From positions 24,897-88,896 of the IMG/VR virus record IMGVR_UViG_3300044641_002513: a stretch of DNA of 64,000 bases; one strand, written 5' to 3'. The position numbers were made by a program, and so were the translations under genes. Origin of the DNA: a virus. The notes under the pieces are model-generated. The model was not told the DNA's origin. It did no database searches and saw only the letters and a program-made list of their open reading frames with translations. Each line of letters starts with the position of its first letter. Position 1 is the stretch's first letter. Shown piece by piece: positions 45,762 to 56,797 of this stretch.

Positions 45762-48700
45762 ATGGCTTGTAAATATTGGTATGACGGTAAGTGGCGTACG
45801 GAAACGGAGTTTAAAAAAATCTTATCTGAAGGTTTACTTAATAACTTATTAGCTGACAATACTGTTAGCTTAGAACAGTTAATGCCTAGTGAGGCTACAC
45901 AACAAACCTTAGTAGAAGAAGGAGCTACCAAAGCTCCAGTTACTCTAAGAATACGACACAAAGCTCAAACCAAGATTAACAACGGCCGAGAACCAGGAAA
46001 ACCTAACATTCCTCTTGCAAGAAATCCAAAAGACGTAATAGAAGAATTTGTAGCTCAAGGTGGTAAACCTTTTGAATTAAAGTTTGTAATAAAAGTTAAA
46101 GGAGAATTAAGAACAGGTAAAGGTTCTGCAAACGAAAAACTTAAACAAAACTTATTAAGTTCCCCAGTTGGGAACAAAATAGTAAGCCAGCTACAAGAAG
46201 GTATTGTATATATGCTAGTACCTTCTGTTTACGGAATGTATCCTATTAGAGTCTTTAACAACTTCCTTACTAATACTAAAAGTTTTGGTACAGTTAAACA
46301 AGCACTAGAAGATTTAAAAAAATCTACTAAAGTAGAAGACATAGCTAAGCATAGAAAGACTATAGAGTCTTTACTCTATCGTACTACTGTAACTTACGAC
46401 AATACTAAAAAGACTTTTACAGTCAAACAAATTGATGGTAAGAATAACATTCTTGCTCAGACTTTTCCTACTACTAAAGATGTTGCAGATTTCTTAGGTA
46501 AACAATTACAAAGAGTTGCTTACAATAATATAAATAGTGGTAACTATAACGAAGTACTAGCATCTAACGGAGTTATTACTACAGACTTATTTTCTGATAG
46601 TGCTAGCTTTTTTAACTCATCTTCTTTTGTCTTAGAAGCTTTTAGAATGTCTGAAAAAGACCAAGAGGCTTTAGACACTGTATTTGATTTTACTTTTGAT
46701 GAAGAATCAATAGCTGCTGCTACGGTTACTACTGAAAAGAATGAAGAACCTATTACACCGTCTCAAAACAAGACTGCCGAAAGCCCTATCTATTCTGCTA
46801 CTATTGACGAACTGATACCTGAGATAAAAGAAGAACCAGGTCCCTCCATAACTATTAAATTAGATGCATTAGCTAATGACGCATCTAAGTTTGTTACTAT
46901 AGAATCTGTTGTTAAAGGAGGTAAAATCTTAGTAAGTAGAGTAACTAAAAAACAAAAAGTAGTTAAAAAAAATGAAACAGATACTTTTGAACCTATATAT
47001 GATATTACATCAGGTAATGCTTATAAAGAAGCTGTATTAAAGTTCTTTGATAGTAAAGAAGTTAAAGCTAAAAAAGATGAGTTAGCAGGTAAACCGACAC
47101 CTGTTGCTAAACCTATAGAAGCAGTTAATGCTAAAAAAGCAGAGATTAAAGAATTAGAAAAAGAAAAAGCTGGTTTATTAGCACAAAGTAAAAGTTTTGA
47201 AAAAATTACAGCTAAAACACCTAAAACTGTTTCTGTATACTTAAGTTCTGCTAATACTGACGGTAGTTTTAATAAATCTTCTGAAAAAAAATCTTTTGTT
47301 GATGGTGCTTCTATACTTGCTTTTGAGCCATTAGGTAATAATAGATTTGCTGTTTACATAGATAGTAAAAATCCAAGTGCAGTAAAAATGGCTTTGCAGT
47401 ATCCTGATAAAAGAATAGACCCAACTTTTGATAGAATATCTGCATATAATCCTAAAGCTACTTCTATACAAACAGTAAAACCTAGTATTGTAGAATTACA
47501 GGGCGACAAGTATATATTAATAGAAAAAGGAACAGTTGACTTTGACAATGTAGGAATAAATAGAGAAAATGCTAAAACTACTGATGTAGATACTACAAAA
47601 ATAGATGATAGCATTAATAAAGCTAAACAAGAACTACAAGCTATAGAAAGCCCACCTACAGTAACATTAATAGCTGAAGAAGTTGGATCTAATAAAGTTA
47701 ATATAATACAAACAAATAAGCCTACTATCCAAACAATTGGTAATGTAACTTTTGGTACAGCTAATAAACAAGATACTAATGAAAATAACGAAGATGCTGT
47801 CTATGTAGATACAGTAAATGGAATATTTATTCTAGCAGACGGTATGGGTGGAGAGTATGCAGCTTTTGGGGTAGCTAGAAACTTTTCTAAAGACACTATT
47901 AATTACTTACTTACAGGTAATTTTTCAAGTTCTCTTACAAAAATAGTAGAGTATATAAATAGTAAAAAAGGTGCAACAAAAAATATAAATGAGTTACATA
48001 AAGAAATTGAAAATATATTAGGTTATAAACTTAGTTCTCAAAGTGCGGAAAAAATAAATGAATTTATAATTTCTGTTTGGAACAAAGAGACGGTTAGTAC
48101 TCAAGGAAATAGATTAGGAGCAACAGCTTTAAAAGCAGAAAAAATAAGTAGTAATACTTATAAAATTCAAAAAGTAGGAGATACTGTATTTTTTGTAGTA
48201 GATAAGAATGGCAAAGTTGTTCAAAAACACGGACTTTCAGATAATGCTTCAACACAAGGTTATTTAACTTATTTGAAAGATGGAAAAGCTTTTACAAATT
48301 CCCCTAAACTAGATGAGTTTACAGTTACTTTAAATGAAGGAGAAACTTTAGTTTTATCAACGGATTTTATAGAAACAGATAAAGCTATCCAAGATTTTAT
48401 TGATTCTAAGTTTGGTAAAAATTTAGATTTTGCTAAGTTTCAAGAAAATAATAAAGATGATGATTCTACATTTATTACTATTGAATATGATACAGATGTA
48501 GTTGCTCCAAAACAATCTACTGCTGAAGAAGTTGCTCCTGCTGCACCTAAAAGTTTTATGGGTGACGTATTAGCTTCTATGATTGATGTAACTGCTACAA
48601 TGGAATCAGCTCCTATAGATATTAAACCTGAAGAAGGTACAGAGCAAAGTCTAGAATCTTTAGTAGCTGCACAAAGTAATAGAGAAATAGTGCCTGAACA

Positions 48701-51700
48701 AGATATTAGTTTTGAGGATGTATTTGGAGATGATTTAGATACAGAAGGATTTGACGGAGCTACTAACAGAGGAACTCCTAATGTCAAACTAAAAGCAACT
48801 GAAACTGTTGATGGAACTTCTTGGAGTCAAGCAGAAGAAATACAATACTTAAAAGATACAATTGGAGTACAGTTTGAAGAAGCAGAAAAAACTAATACTC
48901 TAAAACTATTTAACACATTAGAAGATTTAGAAGCATACTTGCCTAAAGAAACTTACGAAATGTTATTAGAAACAAGACGTAACGGTAAGTTTGTCCACGG
49001 TTTATTTACGACAGCTGCTGTGTTTATGGCAAGTACAGCTGAAGCTGGTACTAGTTATCACGAAGCTTTTCACGTTGTATTTAACTTAGCTTTACCACTA
49101 GAAAAACGTATAGCCTTAATTAACGAAGCGTATGTAAAATATAGAGCAGAGTTACTTGTAACTAAATATACTAACTCTAAAGGAGAAACTAAATTTAAGT
49201 ATCCTACTTATTTAGAAGTAGAAGAGTTACTTGCGGATAAGTTTATGGAGTTTGTACTTAACAAAGAAGTACTACCTAAAGAAGAAGCAGTTGAAGAAGG
49301 TCCTAGAAAAAGAATACCTATACTACCTAAGTTTACTAGCTATACTACAGAAGAAGGCTACGTAACTGTTCCTAGTGTAGAAAAAGAATTTAAAGAAATA
49401 GGAAAGTTTTTCAAAGGACTTTCTAGAATGTTGACTGTTTTCTATAAAAAGAATAGAGTAATTAATATTGATAATTTATTTGAAAACATTGACTTAGGAG
49501 TTTATAAAGACAAAATTAACTTTAGTAAAACATCTATTCCTAACTTAGCTAGATTACACGCTACTGACGTACAACATAGATACGTTAACCCAATTGAAGA
49601 AGCACATGCTTTTGAATACCTAAGTTCATTAAAAGATGAAATATTAGAGCAATACCGAGCTAAAGTAGACCCTAGTTACAAATTAAATCCTAAAGAGTTA
49701 ATTGCAAAAATGGGAGTACACACAATGTACTCATCTATGCTTAGTAAGCTAAAAGCCGAGGCTATTTACAACAAGAAAAGTGGTAACACAGAAATGGCTC
49801 AACGCCTTGCTAAACTTTATTTCATTTTTACTAATGGCAAAAAGAATATAAAAGATACAGTAATTGAAGGCAAAGGAATTGAAGTAACTGAATTTACTGA
49901 AGCAAGTGACTTGTTATTACGTTTCAATAGTAGTCTTAGAAAAGAAGGATTGTATATTACTTACAATGGATTAAAAGATGCTAAAGTAAAAGAAAAAGGT
50001 GTAGAAGAAAACGAAGAAGACAGTTTTAAAGCATACGAAGAAGGAGAAGATACCTACGAAGAATCTTGGATGCGTTCTCACATTGAAACTAATCCGATGG
50101 AGTCTACTAGTCAACGACTAAAAAGTTTCTTTGCAAAGATTCCTAAGTACAAATCTACTAGAAAGAACAGTGCTACAATGGTTAATTCTTTTGGAGTAAC
50201 AATGAAAGAAGACCCAGGAGTTGTATTTAAAACATTAGCTACTAAAATATCTAACAGCTATTCAGTTAGTGATATGTTAACTAAGTTATCTAAGATAAAC
50301 CGTCCTTATATTAAAGACGTATTAAACGAGATAACTAAAGATGAAAAACTCTTAACAGACTTATGGATAGCTATAGGACAAAAAAGCTTTACTACTTTCT
50401 CATTTGTTTGGGAAACTAATAACGAGATGAGAGTAGTTACTTCTAACAGAAAAACATTAGACAATGTTATTAAAGAAGAACTAATAGCTAATTTTTTAGT
50501 ACCTAGTAATCCACTACTTAATACTAAAAACAATGTATTTGATGTAGAGCGTGTTAACACAGACGAAGCTGCTAATTTCTTAGAAGATTTAAATACTATT
50601 TTGCCTATTTTAAATAATACAGCATTTTGGAATAATAAGAAAGAAGTAATAGACATGTTCAACAATGTTGCTAAAACTTTTCAAAAATATAAAATAGAAT
50701 TAACTGCTGATGATTTAGTTAATGTTTGGGAAAAAGGAGGAAAGCAAGAATCTTATAAAAATGTAGTTGAAGTAATTGAAACTATTCAAAATATTGCTGT
50801 AGAGCTAGTTAAAGGCAACAATCCTTTTACTTCTTCTTATCCTACTGAAGAAGAGATTAGTAGAGAAGTAAAAAAAGAAGGAAGAACTTTATTAGAAAAA
50901 CTTGCTAAACAAATAATGCCAGTAGTAGAAAAGGATATAATTCTTGCTTCTAGAAACATTAATAACAAGACAGTATACAGTCTTATTCAGTCTGGGTTTA
51001 TTAATAAACAGATGGAAACTTATAAGAACCGCCAAAAGCTAACAGAATACTACGAAAGTATAAAGAACGATGCTTTTGTATCTGAGTTACCCTTACTAAA
51101 AGATTTACTAGACGATACTAATAACACTCAAGATATTCTTAGTGTAATCTTTTTAGACGGATTTACTCGTCAAAACAAGAATAAAGCTGTTACCTATACA
51201 GATATGTCTGATATAGAAATGGAAGCTACGTCAATGGCAATGTTCTATAACAATGGAGCTAACGATGCTTCATTCTTTAAAATGCCAATACCTTCCGATG
51301 CTCCTACTTTACCTTATATCAAAAGTAATAAGTTAGAAAGAGAAGAGATAATAGACAAGTTAGTCCTAACAGCTAAAGCAGAGTATAACAGAATTAGAAA
51401 AGTTAAGACTGCTGATGATAATGTACTAGACTTAATCCCTAACTATAAAAAAAGAGGAGAAAAGTTTATACTACTTAGTTTCCTTAACGGAAAAGTTAAC
51501 ACTAATCAAAATTTTGATGAAGCTCTAGTAAGAGCTGAAATAGATAAGTTCTTTAGCTACGACATCAACATAAGTCCTTTTTTCCAAACAGAAATGGCTA
51601 AGTATAAAAAAGAAGGTATTATAACTTCTTACAACGCAGAAACAGGTGCTATTAATTTTGCTCCAGAGATAATGGATAAGACTATTAAAGACGGTACTAC

Positions 51701-54700
51701 TTTCTTTAAAAACTATCTACTTAACACTTATTACTTTAACACTCAAATAAGTACTCTCTTAGCAGGTGACCCTGCTTTTTATAAAAGTACAGGTGACTTA
51801 CAAAAAAGATTTAAACAAGTAATAAGTCCAGGAACTTACGCTAACACTAGTCAGCTACCTACTTATTACAAAGCAATAATTCTTAATGATGAAATAGTAC
51901 CTACAGAAAAAGCAACTTTTGACCACATCGAATCTATTATATCTAAGTCTAACTTAACTCCATCAGAAAAAAATTCTTTAATTGCTTTTTGGACTGCTAA
52001 GACTACTGCTAAAGACGGTAACAATACTTCTGATGCTGCTACTTACTTATCTCCTGAATTAAGAAAACAAAGATTAGAGGCTTTAGGTAGATGGACACCT
52101 GAACATGATAAAGCGTACGAAAGAGTATTAGCAGGAACAGAGACTATAGAAGATTTGATGTTAATGGATCCACCATTTAAACCTGAAAAACCTTTTGTAT
52201 TTACTCAAAGAGTTGTAGAAAACGGTGATGGTACTACTACGGTAGTTCCTATTCAAATCAAAAACGCAGAAACAGTTTTAACTAAATCTTTTGCTCAAAA
52301 GAAAGACCAGGATGGTAACTTCTTGTATCCTAAATTAGCAGCTATCTATGAAGATATGGTTGTTAATCAGTTATATGACACTGCTATATTTGAATCAGCT
52401 GTTAAAGTAGGAGGTATAGGAAACACTGTTGAAGGGGGTAAAGTAAGATTTACAGATTACACTGAAACTGATGGTAAGTATTCAATGCCTGAAGGAGCTA
52501 AAATACTAGACTTAAGACACGAAGACTGGAGATTACAGCAAGAAACTCCTCCTCACTACATTGATGACAAAACTAACTTTGCTACACAGTTAAGAAACCT
52601 TATCATAGCTGACTTAGATATGAGTGGCGGTTATACTATTGGTGGCAAAACTTTTAAAGGTGCTGAGTTAGCTCTAATGTATCAAAAAATAGTAGTTGAA
52701 GATTTAAAATCTTCTTTTGAAGAAGTATCAGAAGAGTTCTTAAACAGTAATGGAGATATAGACTACACCAAATTAGTAGAAATATTAAAAGAAGAAATAC
52801 TAGACAGAGACTTAGGACAAGATTACTTAGATGCTATTGCTTTAGTACCTGAAGTATTAGTTGACGGAAGTCAAACTATGACTACTACTCTTCCTTTATA
52901 CCACCCAATGATTATGTATAAGATGGAGTCTGTACTAAACTCTTTCTTTAAAAACAGAGTTACTAAGCAAAAGATACGAGGAGGCTCACTAGTCAACACT
53001 ACTTCTTTTGGCGTAAGTGACAAATTAAAAATAGAAGTAAGTGCTGATGGTACTATTACTTATCAAGCATTAATGCCTCATACTTCTAAAAAATATTTCC
53101 CTACTAACGAAAATGGAGAAGTAGATATAGAGTTTGTTCAAAAACACGCAAAAGAACTACTTAAAATTATCGGTATCCGTATTCCAACAGAGGATAAATA
53201 CTCAATGTTTAATATTAGAATAGTTGGATTTACTCCTCCTGCTATGGGACCTGCTATTATTCTTCCTAGAGAAGCTACTACTATGGCTGGGCTTGACTTT
53301 GATATTGATAAATTGTATTTTATGTCTAGGGCTTTTACTGTTAACAAAAAAGGTATCCCAAAAATAGTTAAATACATCAAGGCTCCTAAAAACAAAACAG
53401 AAGCATTAGAATCAGCTTCTAATATTTATGCTGATTTTAAAAGCTTTAAAAAGTTTGCAGAGAAATATATCAAAGACCCTAAACAACGAGAAGCTGTATT
53501 AGAAGCTCGTAGAGCTCTTACTGATAAGCAAGCAAGCAATACACTTAGTTCTAAAGAAATAGAAGAGTTTAAGGCTACTATAACAGCAGAAAAAAAAGAT
53601 AGAGATGCTGCTAAAAAGTTGTACGGTAAAAACTCAGAAGTGTATAACAAACATCAAGATAATATTGACAACTTGTATGCAATTTTTAACGAAGAAATGG
53701 AAGTCTTTGATGAACGTAAAGCTGAAATAGGAGACCAAGCAAACGAAATACTTGATACTATAGCTGATGTATTGCTAGATGTGAAGTTTAACTCTGTAGA
53801 GTTTAATACTAAACAAGCTAGAGATAATATGAAGTTAGATATAATGGAGGGTGTACTAGAAAACAGTCACACAGCTCCTAGTATTCTTAACGTAGGTAAC
53901 TTTGATATATTAAAAGAACGTGCTGCTAAAATTAGATTACTACAAGAAGGTGTAGACCCAGCTACAGTAAACAGTTATAGTGGAGAAACACTAATGAAAG
54001 AATCAGAAAAACTAGATGATGCAGAAGGATTTAATTTCTTTTATCCTAGTGTGCAGTTAGAGTTGTTTAAGAGAAATATGATGGGTAAAAAGCTTATTGG
54101 TATTTTTGCTAACCACAACACCCACCACGCCAAAGCACAGTTTACTAATCTTCAACTTAAAAACGAACTTATACTAAACGAGCAATCGTATATAATGTTG
54201 AACAAACAGTACGATAATGACGGCAATAGAATATCTAGAAAGCTAGCTACCAACTTAGCAGCTGTAGTGGATAATGCTAAAGACCCAGTAGCTTCTTTTA
54301 TCAATATGAACACGTTTACTGCTAACACTATTGCTCTACTAGAGCGTTTAGGTGTTAGTGATGATTACATCTATGCACTTGTTAATCAGCCTGTTGTACT
54401 AGAGTTAACTAGAGAATACTTTAATAACCAAGGTTCTTTAGTAACAGAAAAGAATTTTGCTAACATTAAAAATAAGTGGCAAACAATACTTACTAAAAAA
54501 CTTAAAGAAGCTCCTGAAGAAGAGTTAGCTATAAGTATAACAACAGATACACTAGAAGATAACTTAAAAGGAGATGGCTCTACTCAATACTATAAAGTAC
54601 AGTTAGAAGCTTTAAAACTATTTGAAAAGTTGTATGGTATTGGAGAAGAGTTAGCTGTAGGTATTCAAGCTGCTAAAGTTGATACTACAGGTGTAGGACC

Positions 54701-56795
54701 TACAAGTGCAGATAACTATGTTACTATACATAAACAAGAAAAGATACTACAAAACGTAGCTAACGATACCAATAGTATAGTTGGACTAGAAGAAGTCTTT
54801 TGGAAAGGTTCTGCTAATCAGCTGATGATGCCTGGTTTTAATAAGTATGGTATTCTTTCTCCCATCAATATATTAGAGAAAATATTTCCTTCTATTGGTA
54901 CAGTTGATACTAACACTTTTAAAATTACATACTCACTACTAGGAGACATCAAAAATCAATTTGCTTCTTTCAAAGCTAACGGCCTATTAAAAGAAAAAGA
55001 AGCAAGAATGCTTAACACTCACTTTATGAGTTTTATAGCAAGTGGTTTTCCTTTCTTTAACTACTCTCAAAGTAAAGAAATTATTAAAGAACTTCCTGCT
55101 AAAGTAGCTGCGTTTAACAAAACTATTGATAGCTCTTCTCCTTACAAATATCTTTTTAACAACATTAATGTAGTTAAGCCTGATGGGTATGCTGCTCTTA
55201 CTCGATTAGAGTTTTACAGCACAGGTAAAAGTGATTTAGAACTAAGTAGATTAAAAGCATCTTGGGAAAGAATGTTAGTAGACACTAATCCAACTGTTAG
55301 ACAATTAGGACTCGACTTAATTAAATATACCTTCTTTACTAATGGATACGGTTACGGGCCTAATACCTTTGCTCACTTGATTCCTATTAAGTTTTGGACG
55401 GATGCTTACCAATTAGAAAATAACATTACTGATTCTAAAGGAAACACGTTTAATCAATATCTTAAAAAGGCTCTATTCTCTGATAAAATAATAAAAAGAG
55501 AAGATACTTATAGACAAAGATTTGTTGACCAATTTATTAGAAATAACTTTGAAAAAGAAAAGTTTGTTCAATCTGTTAAAGTAGAAAAAGTACTTAATGC
55601 TAACGATGAGAAAATAGACAGTTTAACTGAAGGAGCCGCTGTTTCAACTTTAGCTGCTCAAGTAGCATCAGGTGTAGTGCTAACTTCTAAAGGTTATTTA
55701 GTAGTTAACAAAAAGAAAAACAAAGCTACTCTTTACCCTAACAGTGCTAGAAATCCTATCAAGTATTTAAAGATTTATGTTAACGGTAAACCTCGTTTAT
55801 ACGAATATGTACAAACTGAATTTGAACAACAAAATCCTAGTGATTACCAAGTTAGTAGCCCTGATAGAATTACTTATAAACCTGTATCTAAATTAGGTTT
55901 ACCAAACTATATTTTAGAATACAACTATGGTGCTAACATAGAAAACTCTGTATTAGTTAATGCTAAAAATACTCCTAACCCTAAAGTAGCTCCTAAAGCT
56001 GCTACTATGGACGATGTTTCTAACTCTTACTTAGCTTCTTTCCAAGCAGAAGAAGCAGCTGCTGCTATGCAAGGAGATAGTCAAGATTTATCTACACTAT
56101 TACCTCCGTCTTCTACTCCACTATCTGCTGGAATGGATTTCTTACAAAATGCTATGGATAGGTCTGCTACTATGCAAGAAACTATGAACAGTGAGGAAGG
56201 CGTTACCCAAACTAATACAGTCAAAAAAGGAATAGAAATAAGTTCTAATGCTAAAGGATTAGCAGCAGCTCTTACTAATCCTACAGAACTTGCTAAATCT
56301 AAAGGCAATTTAACTGAATCTTATCCTGTTGAATTTAGAGGTAAAACTTATAAAGACGCAGAAGCAGCATATCAAGCATTAAAATCTACAGCTACTAAAG
56401 ATGAAGGTCCTAACAATACGTATAACTTAATGGTAAATATTATTAAGGCTAAGTTAGAACAATATCCTAGATTAGTTAATGAAATAACTAAACAAGGAGG
56501 TTCTACTTGGATACTTTCTTCTACACATCAACCTACTAGACAAAATAGTGTTTGGGAAACTGGAGGTAAAAATTGGTTTATTAAATCACTTAATGATGCT
56601 TATTTATCTACTCAACCATCTACTAGTAGCCAAACTCAAACTAATACTTGGGACGAATATAAAGCATTAATAAAAGAACTAATTAAGGTTGATAAAGATG
56701 CAGCTTTAGAAATAGGTGTATTAACTGAAGAAGAATTTTTATCTTTACCTGAAAAAGAAAAGAAAATGGCCATTTGGCAAATTAAAAACTGTTAA
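45762..56795 (+). CDS. virion-packaged single-chain RNA polymerase with accessory PP2C, zincin and NADAR-like domains
   Basis: RIPTEDKYS, GLDFDIDK (53295-53312), VDNAKDP and ESAVKVG polymerase motifs; NED/ADGMGG/GD/DD PP2C motifs; HEAFH (49059-49073); YKDAEAAYQALK. Confidence 0.92.
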   Translation: MACKYWYDGKWRTETEFKKILSEGLLNNLLADNTVSLEQLMPSEATQQTLVEEGATKAPVTLRIRHKAQTKINNGREPGKPNIPLARNPKDVIEEFVAQGGKPFELKFVIKVKGELRTGKGSANEKLKQNLLSSPVGNKIVSQLQEGIVYMLVPSVYGMYPIRVFNNFLTNTKSFGTVKQALEDLKKSTKVEDIAKHRKTIESLLYRTTVTYDNTKKTFTVKQIDGKNNILAQTFPTTKDVADFLGKQLQRVAYNNINSGNYNEVLASNGVITTDLFSDSASFFNSSSFVLEAFRMSEKDQEALDTVFDFTFDEESIAAATVTTEKNEEPITPSQNKTAESPIYSATIDELIPEIKEEPGPSITIKLDALANDASKFVTIESVVKGGKILVSRVTKKQKVVKKNETDTFEPIYDITSGNAYKEAVLKFFDSKEVKAKKDELAGKPTPVAKPIEAVNAKKAEIKELEKEKAGLLAQSKSFEKITAKTPKTVSVYLSSANTDGSFNKSSEKKSFVDGASILAFEPLGNNRFAVYIDSKNPSAVKMALQYPDKRIDPTFDRISAYNPKATSIQTVKPSIVELQGDKYILIEKGTVDFDNVGINRENAKTTDVDTTKIDDSINKAKQELQAIESPPTVTLIAEEVGSNKVNIIQTNKPTIQTIGNVTFGTANKQDTNENNEDAVYVDTVNGIFILADGMGGEYAAFGVARNFSKDTINYLLTGNFSSSLTKIVEYINSKKGATKNINELHKEIENILGYKLSSQSAEKINEFIISVWNKETVSTQGNRLGATALKAEKISSNTYKIQKVGDTVFFVVDKNGKVVQKHGLSDNASTQGYLTYLKDGKAFTNSPKLDEFTVTLNEGETLVLSTDFIETDKAIQDFIDSKFGKNLDFAKFQENNKDDDSTFITIEYDTDVVAPKQSTAEEVAPAAPKSFMGDVLASMIDVTATMESAPIDIKPEEGTEQSLESLVAAQSNREIVPEQDISFEDVFGDDLDTEGFDGATNRGTPNVKLKATETVDGTSWSQAEEIQYLKDTIGVQFEEAEKTNTLKLFNTLEDLEAYLPKETYEMLLETRRNGKFVHGLFTTAAVFMASTAEAGTSYHEAFHVVFNLALPLEKRIALINEAYVKYRAELLVTKYTNSKGETKFKYPTYLEVEELLADKFMEFVLNKEVLPKEEAVEEGPRKRIPILPKFTSYTTEEGYVTVPSVEKEFKEIGKFFKGLSRMLTVFYKKNRVINIDNLFENIDLGVYKDKINFSKTSIPNLARLHATDVQHRYVNPIEEAHAFEYLSSLKDEILEQYRAKVDPSYKLNPKELIAKMGVHTMYSSMLSKLKAEAIYNKKSGNTEMAQRLAKLYFIFTNGKKNIKDTVIEGKGIEVTEFTEASDLLLRFNSSLRKEGLYITYNGLKDAKVKEKGVEENEEDSFKAYEEGEDTYEESWMRSHIETNPMESTSQRLKSFFAKIPKYKSTRKNSATMVNSFGVTMKEDPGVVFKTLATKISNSYSVSDMLTKLSKINRPYIKDVLNEITKDEKLLTDLWIAIGQKSFTTFSFVWETNNEMRVVTSNRKTLDNVIKEELIANFLVPSNPLLNTKNNVFDVERVNTDEAANFLEDLNTILPILNNTAFWNNKKEVIDMFNNVAKTFQKYKIELTADDLVNVWEKGGKQESYKNVVEVIETIQNIAVELVKGNNPFTSSYPTEEEISREVKKEGRTLLEKLAKQIMPVVEKDIILASRNINNKTVYSLIQSGFINKQMETYKNRQKLTEYYESIKNDAFVSELPLLKDLLDDTNNTQDILSVIFLDGFTRQNKNKAVTYTDMSDIEMEATSMAMFYNNGANDASFFKMPIPSDAPTLPYIKSNKLEREEIIDKLVLTAKAEYNRIRKVKTADDNVLDLIPNYKKRGEKFILLSFLNGKVNTNQNFDEALVRAEIDKFFSYDINISPFFQTEMAKYKKEGIITSYNAETGAINFAPEIMDKTIKDGTTFFKNYLLNTYYFNTQISTLLAGDPAFYKSTGDLQKRFKQVISPGTYANTSQLPTYYKAIILNDEIVPTEKATFDHIESIISKSNLTPSEKNSLIAFWTAKTTAKDGNNTSDAATYLSPELRKQRLEALGRWTPEHDKAYERVLAGTETIEDLMLMDPPFKPEKPFVFTQRVVENGDGTTTVVPIQIKNAETVLTKSFAQKKDQDGNFLYPKLAAIYEDMVVNQLYDTAIFESAVKVGGIGNTVEGGKVRFTDYTETDGKYSMPEGAKILDLRHEDWRLQQETPPHYIDDKTNFATQLRNLIIADLDMSGGYTIGGKTFKGAELALMYQKIVVEDLKSSFEEVSEEFLNSNGDIDYTKLVEILKEEILDRDLGQDYLDAIALVPEVLVDGSQTMTTTLPLYHPMIMYKMESVLNSFFKNRVTKQKIRGGSLVNTTSFGVSDKLKIEVSADGTITYQALMPHTSKKYFPTNENGEVDIEFVQKHAKELLKIIGIRIPTEDKYSMFNIRIVGFTPPAMGPAIILPREATTMAGLDFDIDKLYFMSRAFTVNKKGIPKIVKYIKAPKNKTEALESASNIYADFKSFKKFAEKYIKDPKQREAVLEARRALTDKQASNTLSSKEIEEFKATITAEKKDRDAAKKLYGKNSEVYNKHQDNIDNLYAIFNEEMEVFDERKAEIGDQANEILDTIADVLLDVKFNSVEFNTKQARDNMKLDIMEGVLENSHTAPSILNVGNFDILKERAAKIRLLQEGVDPATVNSYSGETLMKESEKLDDAEGFNFFYPSVQLELFKRNMMGKKLIGIFANHNTHHAKAQFTNLQLKNELILNEQSYIMLNKQYDNDGNRISRKLATNLAAVVDNAKDPVASFINMNTFTANTIALLERLGVSDDYIYALVNQPVVLELTREYFNNQGSLVTEKNFANIKNKWQTILTKKLKEAPEEELAISITTDTLEDNLKGDGSTQYYKVQLEALKLFEKLYGIGEELAVGIQAAKVDTTGVGPTSADNYVTIHKQEKILQNVANDTNSIVGLEEVFWKGSANQLMMPGFNKYGILSPINILEKIFPSIGTVDTNTFKITYSLLGDIKNQFASFKANGLLKEKEARMLNTHFMSFIASGFPFFNYSQSKEIIKELPAKVAAFNKTIDSSSPYKYLFNNINVVKPDGYAALTRLEFYSTGKSDLELSRLKASWERMLVDTNPTVRQLGLDLIKYTFFTNGYGYGPNTFAHLIPIKFWTDAYQLENNITDSKGNTFNQYLKKALFSDKIIKREDTYRQRFVDQFIRNNFEKEKFVQSVKVEKVLNANDEKIDSLTEGAAVSTLAAQVASGVVLTSKGYLVVNKKKNKATLYPNSARNPIKYLKIYVNGKPRLYEYVQTEFEQQNPSDYQVSSPDRITYKPVSKLGLPNYILEYNYGANIENSVLVNAKNTPNPKVAPKAATMDDVSNSYLASFQAEEAAAAMQGDSQDLSTLLPPSSTPLSAGMDFLQNAMDRSATMQETMNSEEGVTQTNTVKKGIEISSNAKGLAAALTNPTELAKSKGNLTESYPVEFRGKTYKDAEAAYQALKSTATKDEGPNNTYNLMVNIIKAKLEQYPRLVNEITKQGGSTWILSSTHQPTRQNSVWETGGKNWFIKSLNDAYLSTQPSTSSQTQTNTWDEYKALIKELIKVDKDAALEIGVLTEEEFLSLPEKEKKMAIWQIKNC

Positions 56796-56797
56796 TT

